Virus record (IMG/VR): IMGVR_UViG_2754412371_000001
Coordinates: 29,313-93,312 of that record
DNA from: a virus
Taxonomy: Duplodnaviria > Caudoviricetes
Length of the DNA stretch: 64,000 nucleotides
Reading direction: 5' to 3' (one strand)
The notes beneath the pieces are model-generated. The model was given only the letters and a program-made list of their open reading frames with translations, was not told the DNA's origin and searched no databases. How positions within the stretch are numbered: the first letter of the stretch is position 1; each line of letters opens with the position of its first letter. Shown here piece after piece: positions 7,833 through 17,117 of this stretch. The translations under genes were made by a program, and so were the position numbers.

Positions 7833-10055
7833 TCACTTCAAGAGGAGTCGGTGCAACTCCTTCATGACGGTGGTCGGCAGATCCTTGACGTCGTTCAGCA
7901 CGACGTGCGAGCGGTAGAACGCCTCCACCGCATCCGAGACGATCCCCAAGCCGATGACGTCGACACCGGATGCCTCCACCTTGCGAACGACCTCCTTCAA
8001 ATGCTCGTTCAGCGCCGCGCTCATCCCGTTGCACGCCGGCATGCCGTCCGACAGCACCTTGAGGATCTTCCGCTCCGCGCGCTGCTGCATCAAGCGACGG
8101 GCGGCGATCTGCACCGATTCACCATCGACGTTCTCAGCCATCATGTCGTCGCAGTGCGCCAACTGCGCGAAGCGGCGCCGAATGTCGGGCGTCATGCGCT
8201 CGTTGAAACCCTTCACGATGGCGAGCCGAAGTGCTGAGCGACGCGTGTAGCGGAATCCACCTTCCTCCTCTTCCCGGACTAGCTGCTCGAGCGCATCGCG
8301 CGGATAGTCCTTCGTCGTGAACGCGAGCACCTCGTTCGGAATACCCAACTGATCCAGCACCGACGACAGTGCATAAGCTGAGTATGCAGCGATAACCATC
8401 TTGCGATGCGACCACATCGACCCAGAGCAGTCCACGAGCAGCTCGACCGCGACGTCCTTCGTCTTGTTGGTCTGCTTGCGTCGAAACACGTCCGAGCGTC
8501 CGACGCTGATCCGCGCGAGCGACGGCCCATGCAGCCGGCCCGTCTTGTGACCGCCAGTCCATACCGCGGCCGAACGCGCAGCAACTGCACGCTCGAGCGT
8601 CTTCTGGAGCGGCCCGATCATGTGATCGACTTCCTTCTGCATGCGAGTCACGAGATCCTGGTTGAAACCTTCCTCGACCTCCAGAAGCGACACGTCGTCA
8701 TAGTCTCGCGAGAACAGGGAATACTGCGAACCCTTCGTGGCGGTGCGCGCATTCTTCGACAGCGCCTCTGCAGCTGCCTCGTCGAAGTCAGGCGCCGGCG
8801 ACTCGCTCAACTCATCGAACAGCGACGTCGTCGGCTCTTCGTTCTCTGCAGGGGCGCCACCAGCTGGCATCGTGCCATGCTCGCCGGCATCGCCCTCGTC
8901 TTCGCCTTCTGCACCAGACGCGCCCGTCTCGCCAGAGCTATTCTCGGTTTGCTCCTGCTCTTCGCCGTCTTCGGACGGCTGATCGCCCTGAGCGGCATCG
9001 CCACCCAGCATGCCGTCGCCCTGCTCGTCGCCCTGCTCGTCGCTCGGGTCGTCCTGGTCTTCGTCGGTCGCCGAGTCGGCACCCTCTCCCGCCTCTGCGC
9101 TTGCGTCAGTGTCGCCCTGTTCGCCGTTATCTTCCGGCGCGGACTCATCCCGAACATCCTCACCTTCGGGGGCGCCGCTCGGCCCACTCTCGGACTCGGC
9201 CGTCGACTCCAGGTCTTGCTCTTCCACCGGCTCCGCTTCTGGCAGCGGCTCCGCTTCTGGCAGCGGCTCGCTGCCGCCGCTCGGATCGCCCGCGACCGCC
9301 TCATCCGGATCACTCTCGTCGCCCGTCATACCGGGCTCCGGCGGCTCAGACGACGCGTCTTCAGGTGGCGGCTCGAGCGGTGCAGCGGGCGGTGACGGTG
9401 GCGGCGGCACTTTGGGTTTCGGCGTCGGGGTCGACAGGCGCTTCTTCGCCTCCTCCGCAACCTTCAGGCTGTCCCACGAACTGTTGACGCCCTTCAGCAG
9501 CTTCGCGAAGTCCTTGCCGAGCTTATCGACGACGTCGGCGACCTGATCCCACTTGTCGTCCATGTAATCGATGAACGCCGGCTGCCCGGCCAGCGCACGG
9601 AATGCCGGGACCAACAGGATGTTCTTTGCCTGCTCCGGCGCCTCCCGGAGTTGGCTGTCGATGTATTCACGCAGGAAGAAGCCGTGCATCCGGCCAAGGT
9701 GACCGCCGGAGCCCGGAAAACGCTCACCCATCTTGCGCTCAACGTAGGTGTCCTCGACCAAGTTGTGCAGCCAGTGGATCCCGAGCTTCTCTGCCTTCAC
9801 GACCGCCTTCTGGTCCGTAAAGAGAATGTGCCCGACTTCGTGGTCGAGAAAGCCCTGCGTCGCCGCGAGCAACTGATCGTCCGCGTCGTCAGGAATATAG
9901 GGAAGGTTCACGCGCTCGATCGCGTGTGTCTTGCGGCTGTATGCCACGTAAGCACGCGTCCCCTGTTGTGTAACCTTCACTGAACGCTGAGTTAACATCG
10001 GAACGATCTTGGTGATCGCTTCCCGCAGTATCAGAACGTTGTTGTTTACGCGCAT
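7833..10055 (-). CDS. CobT-like protein: HExxH N-domain, long acidic linker, C-terminal vWA (MIDAS)
   Basis: DHEVGH, NLVED, LLVDCSGSM, VLSDGMP; adjacent to the CobS-like ATPase. Confidence 0.9.
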   Translation of the reverse strand: MRVNNNVLILREAITKIVPMLTQRSVKVTQQGTRAYVAYSRKTHAIERVNLPYIPDDADDQLLAATQGFLDHEVGHILFTDQKAVVKAEKLGIHWLHNLVEDTYVERKMGERFPGSGGHLGRMHGFFLREYIDSQLREAPEQAKNILLVPAFRALAGQPAFIDYMDDKWDQVADVVDKLGKDFAKLLKGVNSSWDSLKVAEEAKKRLSTPTPKPKVPPPPSPPAAPLEPPPEDASSEPPEPGMTGDESDPDEAVAGDPSGGSEPLPEAEPLPEAEPVEEQDLESTAESESGPSGAPEGEDVRDESAPEDNGEQGDTDASAEAGEGADSATDEDQDDPSDEQGDEQGDGMLGGDAAQGDQPSEDGEEQEQTENSSGETGASGAEGEDEGDAGEHGTMPAGGAPAENEEPTTSLFDELSESPAPDFDEAAAEALSKNARTATKGSQYSLFSRDYDDVSLLEVEEGFNQDLVTRMQKEVDHMIGPLQKTLERAVAARSAAVWTGGHKTGRLHGPSLARISVGRSDVFRRKQTNKTKDVAVELLVDCSGSMWSHRKMVIAAYSAYALSSVLDQLGIPNEVLAFTTKDYPRDALEQLVREEEEGGFRYTRRSALRLAIVKGFNERMTPDIRRRFAQLAHCDDMMAENVDGESVQIAARRLMQQRAERKILKVLSDGMPACNGMSAALNEHLKEVVRKVEASGVDVIGLGIVSDAVEAFYRSHVVLNDVKDLPTTVMKELHRLLLK

Positions 10056-10137
10056 CAGGCTTCCCTCAGGCCCACAATTTGGGCTATCAACTCATCGAAT
10101 TTCAATTATCACCACCCACTTATGGCAAGTCAGCACA

Positions 10138-10365
10138 TCACCTTGCGGATAACCAGTTGTTGAGCTTTTCTGCGCCATTGCTGGCAACCGCGATTGTGGA
10201 GTCGCCCATCGACGAATCGATCAGAATCAGCTGTCCGAAGTCCGGGTGCTCGCCGATCTCCGTTTGCGTGGAACCCGCGTCCATGCTTGCAATCAAACGC
10301 AAGTCGACCTTGAGGTCGATCATGGCCGAATACGGTGCACGGATAAGGGTGAGGTTCTCCAACAT
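10138..10365 (-). CDS. Small hypothetical protein
   Basis: ATG at 10365 with AAGGAA upstream; lies upstream of cobT, divergent from the repressor. Confidence 0.55.
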   Translation of the reverse strand: MLENLTLIRAPYSAMIDLKVDLRLIASMDAGSTQTEIGEHPDFGQLILIDSSMGDSTIAVASNGAEKLNNWLSAR

Positions 10366-10548
10366 GAAGCGTTCCTTGAATGATTGAGTTCTTCGTATCG
10401 TCCGCATGTTGATAAGCGGTTACTTATATTATAGACCGATACAGTCAGGATCAGACAAGTTTTGTGACGCTCCAGATACATGGGAAGCCAGGGCATCGAA
10501 ACGACTGCCGATAGTTCCTTCGTTGGGCGCTACTAGACCCACTATAAT

Positions 10549-10566
10549 AAAGTCATCTGTAACTAA
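10549..10566. promoter_or_regulatory. 18-bp palindrome site (upstream of repressor)
   Basis: AAAGTCA-tctg-TAACTAA directly after TATAAT. Confidence 0.55.
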
Positions 10567-10620
10567 TTTCTTCGGTGCTAGAATCACCGAACATTCAAGA
10601 ATTTTTGGGGAGGCTCATCA

Positions 10621-11115
10621 ATGGCAACCAAACAAATTTCAGTCGCCGACTACATTTCTGGCGTGATCGGACTGTCGGGCAAACCGCAGCGACAGATCGC
10701 GGCGGAGATCGGTTACGAAAACCCGAACATGATCACGATGCTGAAGCAGGGCCGCACGCAGGTTCCGCTCAACAAGGTCAAGCTGCTTGCAAAGTCGTTG
10801 GGCATCGATCCCGTCCACCTGCTCCGCATGGTGATGATTGAAAAGACTCCGGAAGTCTGGGACATCCTGGAAGACATCATCGGCAGGAATTCGACGATCA
10901 CGCGTTCGGAATTTGCCCTTGTTGAGTATGCTCGCTCGGAACTGGGCGTGATGAACCTTGATTTCGCTGACCAAGAACTTATCGATGATCTTGGTAAGGC
11001 GTTTCGCTCGTTCGCGGAACGCAACAAGGAACGCCTTGATCTAGCGAGCAAAGAAGTCAAACGCGGCCCCGCCCCGAAGAAGGTTTCGGGCTCGACGCAG
11101 AAGCCGACTTCGTAA
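10621..11115 (+). CDS. XRE-family HTH repressor (probable immunity repressor)
   Basis: KPQRQIAAEIGYENPNMITMLKQGRTQVPL HTH; GGAGG RBS; TATAAT at 10543; divergent from the lytic genes. Confidence 0.8.
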   Translation: MATKQISVADYISGVIGLSGKPQRQIAAEIGYENPNMITMLKQGRTQVPLNKVKLLAKSLGIDPVHLLRMVMIEKTPEVWDILEDIIGRNSTITRSEFALVEYARSELGVMNLDFADQELIDDLGKAFRSFAERNKERLDLASKEVKRGPAPKKVSGSTQKPTS

Positions 11116-11134
11116 GCCCCAGTGAGCCCCGCCG

Positions 11135-11152
11135 AGCGCGGGGATTCTTTTG
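11135..11152 (+). terminator. Rho-independent terminator after the repressor
   Basis: ccccgc/gcgggg stem followed by attcttttt; coordinates approximate. Confidence 0.55.
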
Positions 11153-11190
11153 TGCTCTGCGCTTCCCATCCGCCAGCGCCTAACGAAAAC

Positions 11191-11221
11191 AAAAAAGCCC
11201 GCACAGTGGCGGGCTTCTTTT
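11191..11221. terminator. Bidirectional terminator
   Basis: aaaaaagcccgc-acagtg-gcgggcttctttt between convergent genes. Confidence 0.8.
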
Positions 11222-11245
11222 GATACGACGTTACGGCTTAAACTG

Positions 11246-11395
11246 TCAACGCGCAAACAGGACGATTGCTACCGCTGCGAACATGGCGAGCAGTGAGCCG
11301 GCAATGCCGAACTTCGCGACCTTACGCAGCAGCTCTTGGTTTGCCTGAAGCGTATTCAGATCGTCAAGACGGTGTTGTTGGTGCAGGAATTGCAT
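11246..11395 (-). CDS. 49-aa single-TM peptide
   Basis: Not in the ORF track: MQFLHQQH..KFGIAGSLLAMFAAVAIVLFAR; GAGGAGG RBS. Confidence 0.65.
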   Translation of the reverse strand: MQFLHQQHRLDDLNTLQANQELLRKVAKFGIAGSLLAMFAAVAIVLFAR

Positions 11396-11404
11396 GTTCC
11401 CTCC

Positions 11405-11863
11405 TCAATTCGCGGCGTAGTGCACCGCGGCAGCCATGACCAATACTACCACGCACGCTATCACCGAAGCAGTGAATGCCAGGTAAGTGCGCATCCAGGC
11501 CCAGATCGATGCCGCCGGCGCGGGCGTATGTGGTGTGGCGATCGAACCCAGGCCAGCGACGAGCGCGCCGACTCCTGCGGGAATCAAGATCAACAGGCCA
11601 ACCCACAACTCCCAGAAGGCCAGGTGTCCACTCGCCGCCCACTTGAAGATCTCGGCTTCCGCGCCGGCAGCCCAGCCCAGCGCAACGAATCCCAACTGAC
11701 CATCGCGGAACGGCGCGAAGGTATCGGTCGGTGTTGTCGAATGCACGATGGCGCGGCCGAACTTGATGACCCAGAGAAGGAGCAGCGGCGCAAAAGCACC
11801 GACGACTACGTTCGATAAAAGCCACCCTCCCCAATCGATCCAGAAAACGAAACTCTCGCTCAC
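11405..11863 (-). CDS. Multi-pass membrane protein
   Basis: About four hydrophobic segments; 4-bp overlap with the upstream gene. Confidence 0.7.
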   Translation of the reverse strand: MSESFVFWIDWGGWLLSNVVVGAFAPLLLLWVIKFGRAIVHSTTPTDTFAPFRDGQLGFVALGWAAGAEAEIFKWAASGHLAFWELWVGLLILIPAGVGALVAGLGSIATPHTPAPAASIWAWMRTYLAFTASVIACVVVLVMAAAVHYAAN

Positions 11864-12255
11864 ATCACCTCACTCAGGACTCGGTTGAAGTCATCGGCTT
11901 CAGCGCGCGTATCGACCCATACCATGCGATCGTAGAGCGCCTGTAGCTCAGCAAAGTCTCGACCGAGCGATACCGACTTGACACTATCTTCGAGCCCAAA
12001 TAACGGCGCTGCGACACCATTGTCGAGGTATTCCCAGAACACGTAGTCCAGGTGAAGATGGCGCGGCTGCGCGCGCACAATTTCCTTAGCGAAGTCGCTG
12101 TATTCGCCGCGGAGTGCTTCCTTCCAGCCAAGCAGGACGGCTTCTTCGATCGAGGTGCCGGTATCGAGCGCGAAAAGAACAGCATTGCGACGCGCGATGC
12201 TAAGCGGGGCGAGCATGATGCGTAGATCGCCGAGTGTGAAGGGTTTGTTGTTCAT
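11860..12255 (-). CDS. Short degenerate tyrosine-recombinase-like protein
   Basis: AVLFALDTGTSIEEAVLLGW resembles box I (TGxRxxE..LxW) with R replaced by S; no box II. Confidence 0.55.
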   Translation of the reverse strand: MNNKPFTLGDLRIMLAPLSIARRNAVLFALDTGTSIEEAVLLGWKEALRGEYSDFAKEIVRAQPRHLHLDYVFWEYLDNGVAAPLFGLEDSVKSVSLGRDFAELQALYDRMVWVDTRAEADDFNRVLSEVM

Positions 12256-12319
12256 GTGCTTCTCCAGAAATTCCGCACATGATACGGGCGTGGTTTACCC
12301 GATGTCGATCTCCTACGCG

Positions 12320-12342
12320 AAAAAGCCCGCAGATGCGGGCTT
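12320..12342 (-). terminator. Rho-independent terminator
   Basis: aagcccgc-agat-gcgggctt with a T-tract on the minus strand. Confidence 0.75.
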
Positions 12343-12362
12343 GTTATGTCGTGTAAGGAGCG

Positions 12363-12704
12363 TTATGCAAACAGGCTGCAATACCACGCATCCGGCTGTC
12401 GTCGCTTAGGTCGCAAGTGATGCGGCCAAGATATCGCGAGCAACAAGCGATCAAAGCAGCGAAGGGAAATGAGGCTCGTCCCTTCCCTGTCGATCACTCG
12501 AAACCGCGGCACCATACTCACCACGCGTGTCTTGTAGCAGACCACCGAGAACACGCGCGACGTGTGAAGCAGCCAAGTCGCGCGCCAGTCAGGAGCGCAG
12601 TGCTGGGTAAACGTGTCGGGATCGTCGCGCATGAGATCGGCAAGCGCTTTGACCGTTGGATCGATCAGCCCGAGCCGCACAAACCCCTGTTCGATCCTCC
12701 TCAT
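12363..12704 (-). CDS. Hypothetical protein
   Basis: Start MRRIEQG overlaps the upstream stop (ATGA). Confidence 0.5.
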   Translation of the reverse strand: MRRIEQGFVRLGLIDPTVKALADLMRDDPDTFTQHCAPDWRATWLLHTSRVFSVVCYKTRVVSMVPRFRVIDREGTSLISLRCFDRLLLAISWPHHLRPKRRQPDAWYCSLFA

Positions 12705-12907
12705 GAAGTGCCCTCCGCCTGAGCGGTCGCCGGCGCAGCCGCGAGCGTCGTGGTCAGGATACCGGCCAGCGCAGTGATGTTCAGCAGCGGGACTTCCTTG
12801 CCTGTCGCATCGAGCATGCGAACGCCACCCATACCGTTGAAGTTGACCTGCGTCACCCACGGGAATGGCGACGCCGCGCGGATCTCGTTGAGCGTGATGG
12901 TTTTCAT
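12701..12907 (-). CDS. Hypothetical protein
   Basis: 68-aa ORF tiling the operon. Confidence 0.65.
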   Translation of the reverse strand: MKTITLNEIRAASPFPWVTQVNFNGMGGVRMLDATGKEVPLLNITALAGILTTTLAAAPATAQAEGTS

Positions 12908-12916
12908 GTCGGGCCT

Positions 12917-13123
12917 TTACCGGATGCAGAGGATTTCGACGCCACCGCGCGTCACGGTGTAGTTCTTGTTGCTCTTCCCTCGCCGAGTGATCGAAAGCCC
13001 GATCGGGATAATGATGCCGGACGACATCACTGTCGCGACCTGCATGTCGCCGGGCAAGTCCTTGATCGCTTCCTTGAGCTCGGCGACGGTGGTCAACAGT
13101 TTTCCGGTGAGTTGCGCGCTCAT
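12917..13123 (-). CDS. Hypothetical protein
   Basis: Start MSAQLTGK overlaps the ligase stop; TVAELKEAIKDLPGD pattern common in small phage proteins. Confidence 0.65.
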   Translation of the reverse strand: MSAQLTGKLLTTVAELKEAIKDLPGDMQVATVMSSGIIIPIGLSITRRGKSNKNYTVTRGGVEILCIR

Positions 13124-14520
13124 GCCGCCACCGCCGATGCAAACTGATGCTCGACGCGGGCCAGGTCGTCGGCTTCGGTCTTGTCGGTGCGATAGCTGGC
13201 TTCGACCATGCGCGGCAGGAACAGCGAGTGCAACGTGTTGTTCTCGGACGGCTTCATGATCGAGTTCGCGCGCACCGCAAAGATACGGCCGATGAAGTCG
13301 CTCGGGTTCGCATCGATCGAATCGCGCAGCGCCTCGTTCTTCACAGTCACGTCGACCTGAAGCTGACCGCAGGACGACGTGCAGGTCAACGAGCCAGCTC
13401 GGCCTTCGTTCTTCGTGCCGGCGCGGCCGTCCACGATCGCGACGCATTTCAGGTCGACGTCCACCTCCAGCTTGAGCTTGATCTGCTCCTTGCTCGTGCC
13501 GTCCTTCCAGATCGCATTGCCGTTCTTGATGATCGTTCCTTCCTTGCCTTGAGTCAGGAGCTCGCGGTAGTGAGCGAGCGCCTCCTCGAGCGAATGCACG
13601 ATGCGAGTCGGGATATGCTGAATCATCGGGTCGATTCCCGGCAGCGCGCGTGCGCCGGCCGCCAGCCCGAGCAGCAGAGCCTTGATGCGTTCGCGGTAGC
13701 CGACTTCGTATTTGCCCTTCGGCGCGACGACGCTCAGCGGGATTTGGTCCCATGCGAAGAACCGGGGCACCTCGTTGGCTTCGAACTCGCCGCCCGCGGC
13801 GATGCGGTTCAGGATGCCGTTGCTGATTTCGCGCGGGGCGATCGTGCCGTCGACGAGCACCAGCATTTCGCCGTGCGTCTGCGTGCCGGCCGGGAACAAG
13901 GCGCGAACGTGGTCAACGAAACCACCGAATGCCTCGAGAGGAAACGGCGAGCCCTGACGACTGGTGATGCGAACTACCCCGCCCGTCTCGTGATCGACAT
14001 TCATGAACATGCCGTCGGCCTTCTCCTGCGAGATAACGCCGTCGCCCCATGTCCACGCATCGAGCTTCGCGTCCTTCAGCAGCGCGCAACGCATATAGGG
14101 GAATTCGAGAATCAGCCCCTTCCATGCCTTGTTGACCGTCGACTCGGAGAAGCCGGCACGCAGATCCTTGCGAATGATCCGCTTGAACAGTTCTGCCGAG
14201 CTGGGCGTCAGGAACGTCATAAGGCGCTGCACCTCGTCGCGAGCCGCGTTGCCAGTGAGCTCGCGCTTCGCCATCTTGTCCAGGCAGTCCCAGACCGGCG
14301 CGTTCTCGAACGTGTTCGCGCCCGGTGCCGCATTCTCGATGGGGCCGGGAACTTGCGTTATGCCGTAGGTGGTCAGCGGGTCGAGCGCCGCGACGAGCAC
14401 GCGCTTGAACGTGTCGAACGCGAGGAACTGTTTCACCATCGCCTGCTTGTCGTTCTTGCTGGAGGTAGCCGCGATGCTCTCGATCGCCGCGAAAGCCTGG
14501 TCGGAGTTCATGTGAGTCAT
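13120..14520 (-). CDS. ATP-dependent DNA ligase
   Basis: Motif I QEKADG; HGEM; EGTIIKN; IKLK; SLFLPR; start reassigned to MTHMNS. Confidence 0.92.
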   Translation of the reverse strand: MTHMNSDQAFAAIESIAATSSKNDKQAMVKQFLAFDTFKRVLVAALDPLTTYGITQVPGPIENAAPGANTFENAPVWDCLDKMAKRELTGNAARDEVQRLMTFLTPSSAELFKRIIRKDLRAGFSESTVNKAWKGLILEFPYMRCALLKDAKLDAWTWGDGVISQEKADGMFMNVDHETGGVVRITSRQGSPFPLEAFGGFVDHVRALFPAGTQTHGEMLVLVDGTIAPREISNGILNRIAAGGEFEANEVPRFFAWDQIPLSVVAPKGKYEVGYRERIKALLLGLAAGARALPGIDPMIQHIPTRIVHSLEEALAHYRELLTQGKEGTIIKNGNAIWKDGTSKEQIKLKLEVDVDLKCVAIVDGRAGTKNEGRAGSLTCTSSCGQLQVDVTVKNEALRDSIDANPSDFIGRIFAVRANSIMKPSENNTLHSLFLPRMVEASYRTDKTEADDLARVEHQFASAVAA

Positions 14521-14530
14521 TAGTGACTTA
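14513..14530. promoter_or_regulatory. 18-bp palindrome site (over the ligase start)
   Basis: TGAGTCA-ttag-TGACTTA. Confidence 0.75.
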
Positions 14531-14830
14531 TCCTTGTGTGTGATGTTCGGGTTCTTGCGGCGTGATGAGCTGCACCGCTTCGTTTTCGCGGAAGAACGAC
14601 ATTTCGCCGGCGCCGAGCTGCATACCGCGGCCTTTCGTCGTGAACGGCTCGAGCGACACCGCATTCAGCGCATGGCGATTGAGGGCACCCCAGCATGCAG
14701 CGACGGGGATATTCTTCCGGTCGTCTTCGTCGGTGCAGGTGATCCTCATAAACCGTGCGCCTGTATCCAGGTCGATGAACTGCTCGCCGGGCGCGAGCAG
14801 CTTGAAAGGCTTGTAGATGGGTTCGCTCAT
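14528..14830 (-). CDS. Hypothetical protein
   Basis: Coupled to the upstream ORF by a 4-bp overlap. Confidence 0.65.
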   Translation of the reverse strand: MSEPIYKPFKLLAPGEQFIDLDTGARFMRITCTDEDDRKNIPVAACWGALNRHALNAVSLEPFTTKGRGMQLGAGEMSFFRENEAVQLITPQEPEHHTQG

Positions 14831-15480
14831 GCGTGTGCCTGTTGGTTTTGACGCTCGCGCTTCATGCGCTGGATCGCCTCGAACGGCGACTCACCTGCTC
14901 GGATAACGAGCTTGGGGAGCGCCCCGTTCGTGGCGGCAGGGGTTTCGGCCGCCGCGACAGCGGCGAGCGTATGGTTCAGCGAAACCTGACCGTTAGTCGC
15001 GTTTGCGGTTTCGACGGTCGGCTGCGAGCGCTGCGCAACCATTCGGTTGAGCACGGCCGCGTGAATGTCGACGCCGATCGCCGGCTGAGCCAGGATGTCA
15101 GCGGGCTTCGATACGGGCGCCGGCGCAGCGCTTCGCTGCGTGCGGGAGCGCTTCGTCGACAGCGGCGACACCCATGCCTGCTGCTGATGCGCGACGATCG
15201 CTTCGCCCTTCACTCGCTCAATGAAGTAGATCGCGCGCCCCTCCAGCTGCTCCTTCTGACGCATGTCGAGTGCAGTGCAGCGGCACTGGCGGATCTCGGT
15301 CAGGCAGTCGCCGTAGATGGCCTGAATCGACGCGTCATTCGCGTGGTCCGCGATGTGCTGACACGCCGCATACGGCTTCTTCACCTTGAGGCTCAGACAG
15401 TCCGTGTAGAACGCATTGCGCTTGCCGTCAGCAGAGGTGGCCGGCGGCATGACTGCAGGCGCCGTTGCTTGTTCGGTCAT
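14827..15480 (-). CDS. Hypothetical protein with Cys-rich N-terminus
   Basis: 217-aa ORF with GGAGA RBS. Confidence 0.7.
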   Translation of the reverse strand: MTEQATAPAVMPPATSADGKRNAFYTDCLSLKVKKPYAACQHIADHANDASIQAIYGDCLTEIRQCRCTALDMRQKEQLEGRAIYFIERVKGEAIVAHQQQAWVSPLSTKRSRTQRSAAPAPVSKPADILAQPAIGVDIHAAVLNRMVAQRSQPTVETANATNGQVSLNHTLAAVAAAETPAATNGALPKLVIRAGESPFEAIQRMKRERQNQQAHA

Positions 15481-15489
15481 TACATTCTC

Positions 15490-15963
15490 CTACCAAGTGG
15501 CCCATTCGGGCATCGATTCTTCGGTTCGCGGTGCGGGCGCTTTCTTGCTGCTGCCCTTGGGGTCATTTTCGAGACCGCCCTGTGGCTCGTCTTCGGATGC
15601 AGCGATGGGAGGTCCGCCAACAAGCAGCTGTCTTACTGCCTCAGACTTGAATGGCCCGATGAGACGCTTCAAAGCGTCGAGCAGCTCGCGCTCGGAGCGA
15701 AACGACATTTCGGTCGTATCCCACCGCTTGTAGTCGCGCCGCGTCTTCTCCTTGACCTTCCTGTCATGGAGCTCACGCGATCGAGCCAACGAATACGGAC
15801 CACTCAGATCGACCTGAGCGCTCCACCCTTCAATCGAATCGATACCCGCGCGGAACTTGCCGTATTGAAAAATGACTGCACACTGGTCGCCGATTTCTAC
15901 CTCGATTACCTGATATGCCTTCGTGCCACGCTCGTGATGGGAAAAGCTGCGCCGTAGCTTCAT
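15490..15963 (-). CDS. WGR-domain-like protein
   Basis: GTKAYQV..VIFQYGK..KVKEKTRRDY resembles the WGR fold; GGAGG before ATG 15963. Confidence 0.5.
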   Translation of the reverse strand: MKLRRSFSHHERGTKAYQVIEVEIGDQCAVIFQYGKFRAGIDSIEGWSAQVDLSGPYSLARSRELHDRKVKEKTRRDYKRWDTTEMSFRSERELLDALKRLIGPFKSEAVRQLLVGGPPIAASEDEPQGGLENDPKGSSKKAPAPRTEESMPEWATW

Positions 15964-15993
15964 GACGCCTCCGAAATTGCTGATACGCACATT

Positions 15994-16011
15994 ATAGTCA
16001 CCGATTACTTA
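15994..16011. promoter_or_regulatory. 18-bp palindrome site
   Basis: ATAGTCA-ccga-TTACTTA; overlaps a minus-strand TATAAT. Confidence 0.7.
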
Positions 16012-17108
16012 CTTTCGTTCATAATGCGACGACCCATTCGGAGCTGCATCGCTGACACCCCGTTCAGCAGCGTCGCCCCATAGAACGCGCGCCGCACCAC
16101 CTCGGCTGGCACCTCGTTCGGGTCTTTCTCGGGCGGCAGCATCGCGATACGCACGCGAAACCCGTGCTGGCGCAGCATCAAGCCGGCCTCGACCGCGTCG
16201 TCGGTCGCCTGGATTTCCCCGTCCCACATGAAGGTCACTTCCTCAACGCCGCGCTCCCTGAGCAACATGAATTTCGCGAGCTGGCTGTTATCGCTGCCCG
16301 ACGACAGGTGTTTGCCGAACGTTCCCACCGGCACCACATCGCGCAGCTGCGGGTCCGCATCGAGCGCGATCTTGATCGCCGCGACGTCGAACGCGCCCTC
16401 GCCTACCGCGATGCGCTTCGTGTCGTGGACGTTGAGCCCGTTGAACAAATGCACGCCCGAACCGTCGATACCCGGCGGGAAGAGATACTTCTTCTCAGCA
16501 TGGCCGGTCACGTCGCGCCCCTGAAACGTCGCGAGCTTCCCGTCCATGTCGAACACCGGGATTAGCACGCGTGCGCTGTAGTCCTGGTAGGCCCAACCAC
16601 GCTCGGTCGGATACCGGAAGTGCGCACCGCGCGGGCAGTAGGCGAGGTGAAAATACGCAGACAGGTCCGCAGTGATGCCACGGTTCTCCAGATAGGCGAG
16701 GTTGCGCCCCTCATGAGGCAAGTCGATGTGCTGCGGTAGCTCCCAGCCGACATGCTTCTCGACCTCGACAGATTGACGTCGTGCCGGCCGCCAGCCCTGT
16801 TCGCGCGCGTATGCCCTGATGTGCTCGATGACTTTCGAACCGTGCGGCCGACCCAGATGGTCGCGAATGAACCGGTATTTGGTGAAGATCCGCTCTTCGA
16901 CCGGGTGCGAGCCGGCGAAGCAGTTGCCGACGCCGGTGTCGGCGTTGACGTAGACCTTCCAGTCGGAGTTGCCGCACGTCGGGCATTCCCGCACGTTGAT
17001 TTGCTGGCCCGATCGGCCATGCGTGAGCCGATAAGAAATGCCCTCGCGATCCATCCACGAGGGCATATCGATGGTATCCAGCAGCTCTGACAGATCGTCA
17101 GTCGCCAT
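16005..17108 (-). CDS. DNA primase (Zn finger + TOPRIM)
   Basis: CPTC..C; YLENRGI; FQGR; VGEGAFD; MWDGE; KDPNE. Confidence 0.9.
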   Translation of the reverse strand: MATDDLSELLDTIDMPSWMDREGISYRLTHGRSGQQINVRECPTCGNSDWKVYVNADTGVGNCFAGSHPVEERIFTKYRFIRDHLGRPHGSKVIEHIRAYAREQGWRPARRQSVEVEKHVGWELPQHIDLPHEGRNLAYLENRGITADLSAYFHLAYCPRGAHFRYPTERGWAYQDYSARVLIPVFDMDGKLATFQGRDVTGHAEKKYLFPPGIDGSGVHLFNGLNVHDTKRIAVGEGAFDVAAIKIALDADPQLRDVVPVGTFGKHLSSGSDNSQLAKFMLLRERGVEEVTFMWDGEIQATDDAVEAGLMLRQHGFRVRIAMLPPEKDPNEVPAEVVRRAFYGATLLNGVSAMQLRMGRRIMNESK

Positions 17109-17117
17109 TGTTGCTCC

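Noticed and set aside
11860-12255. Functional integrase for the element
   Set aside because: Too short, lacks the catalytic Arg/His/Tyr, and far from the junction
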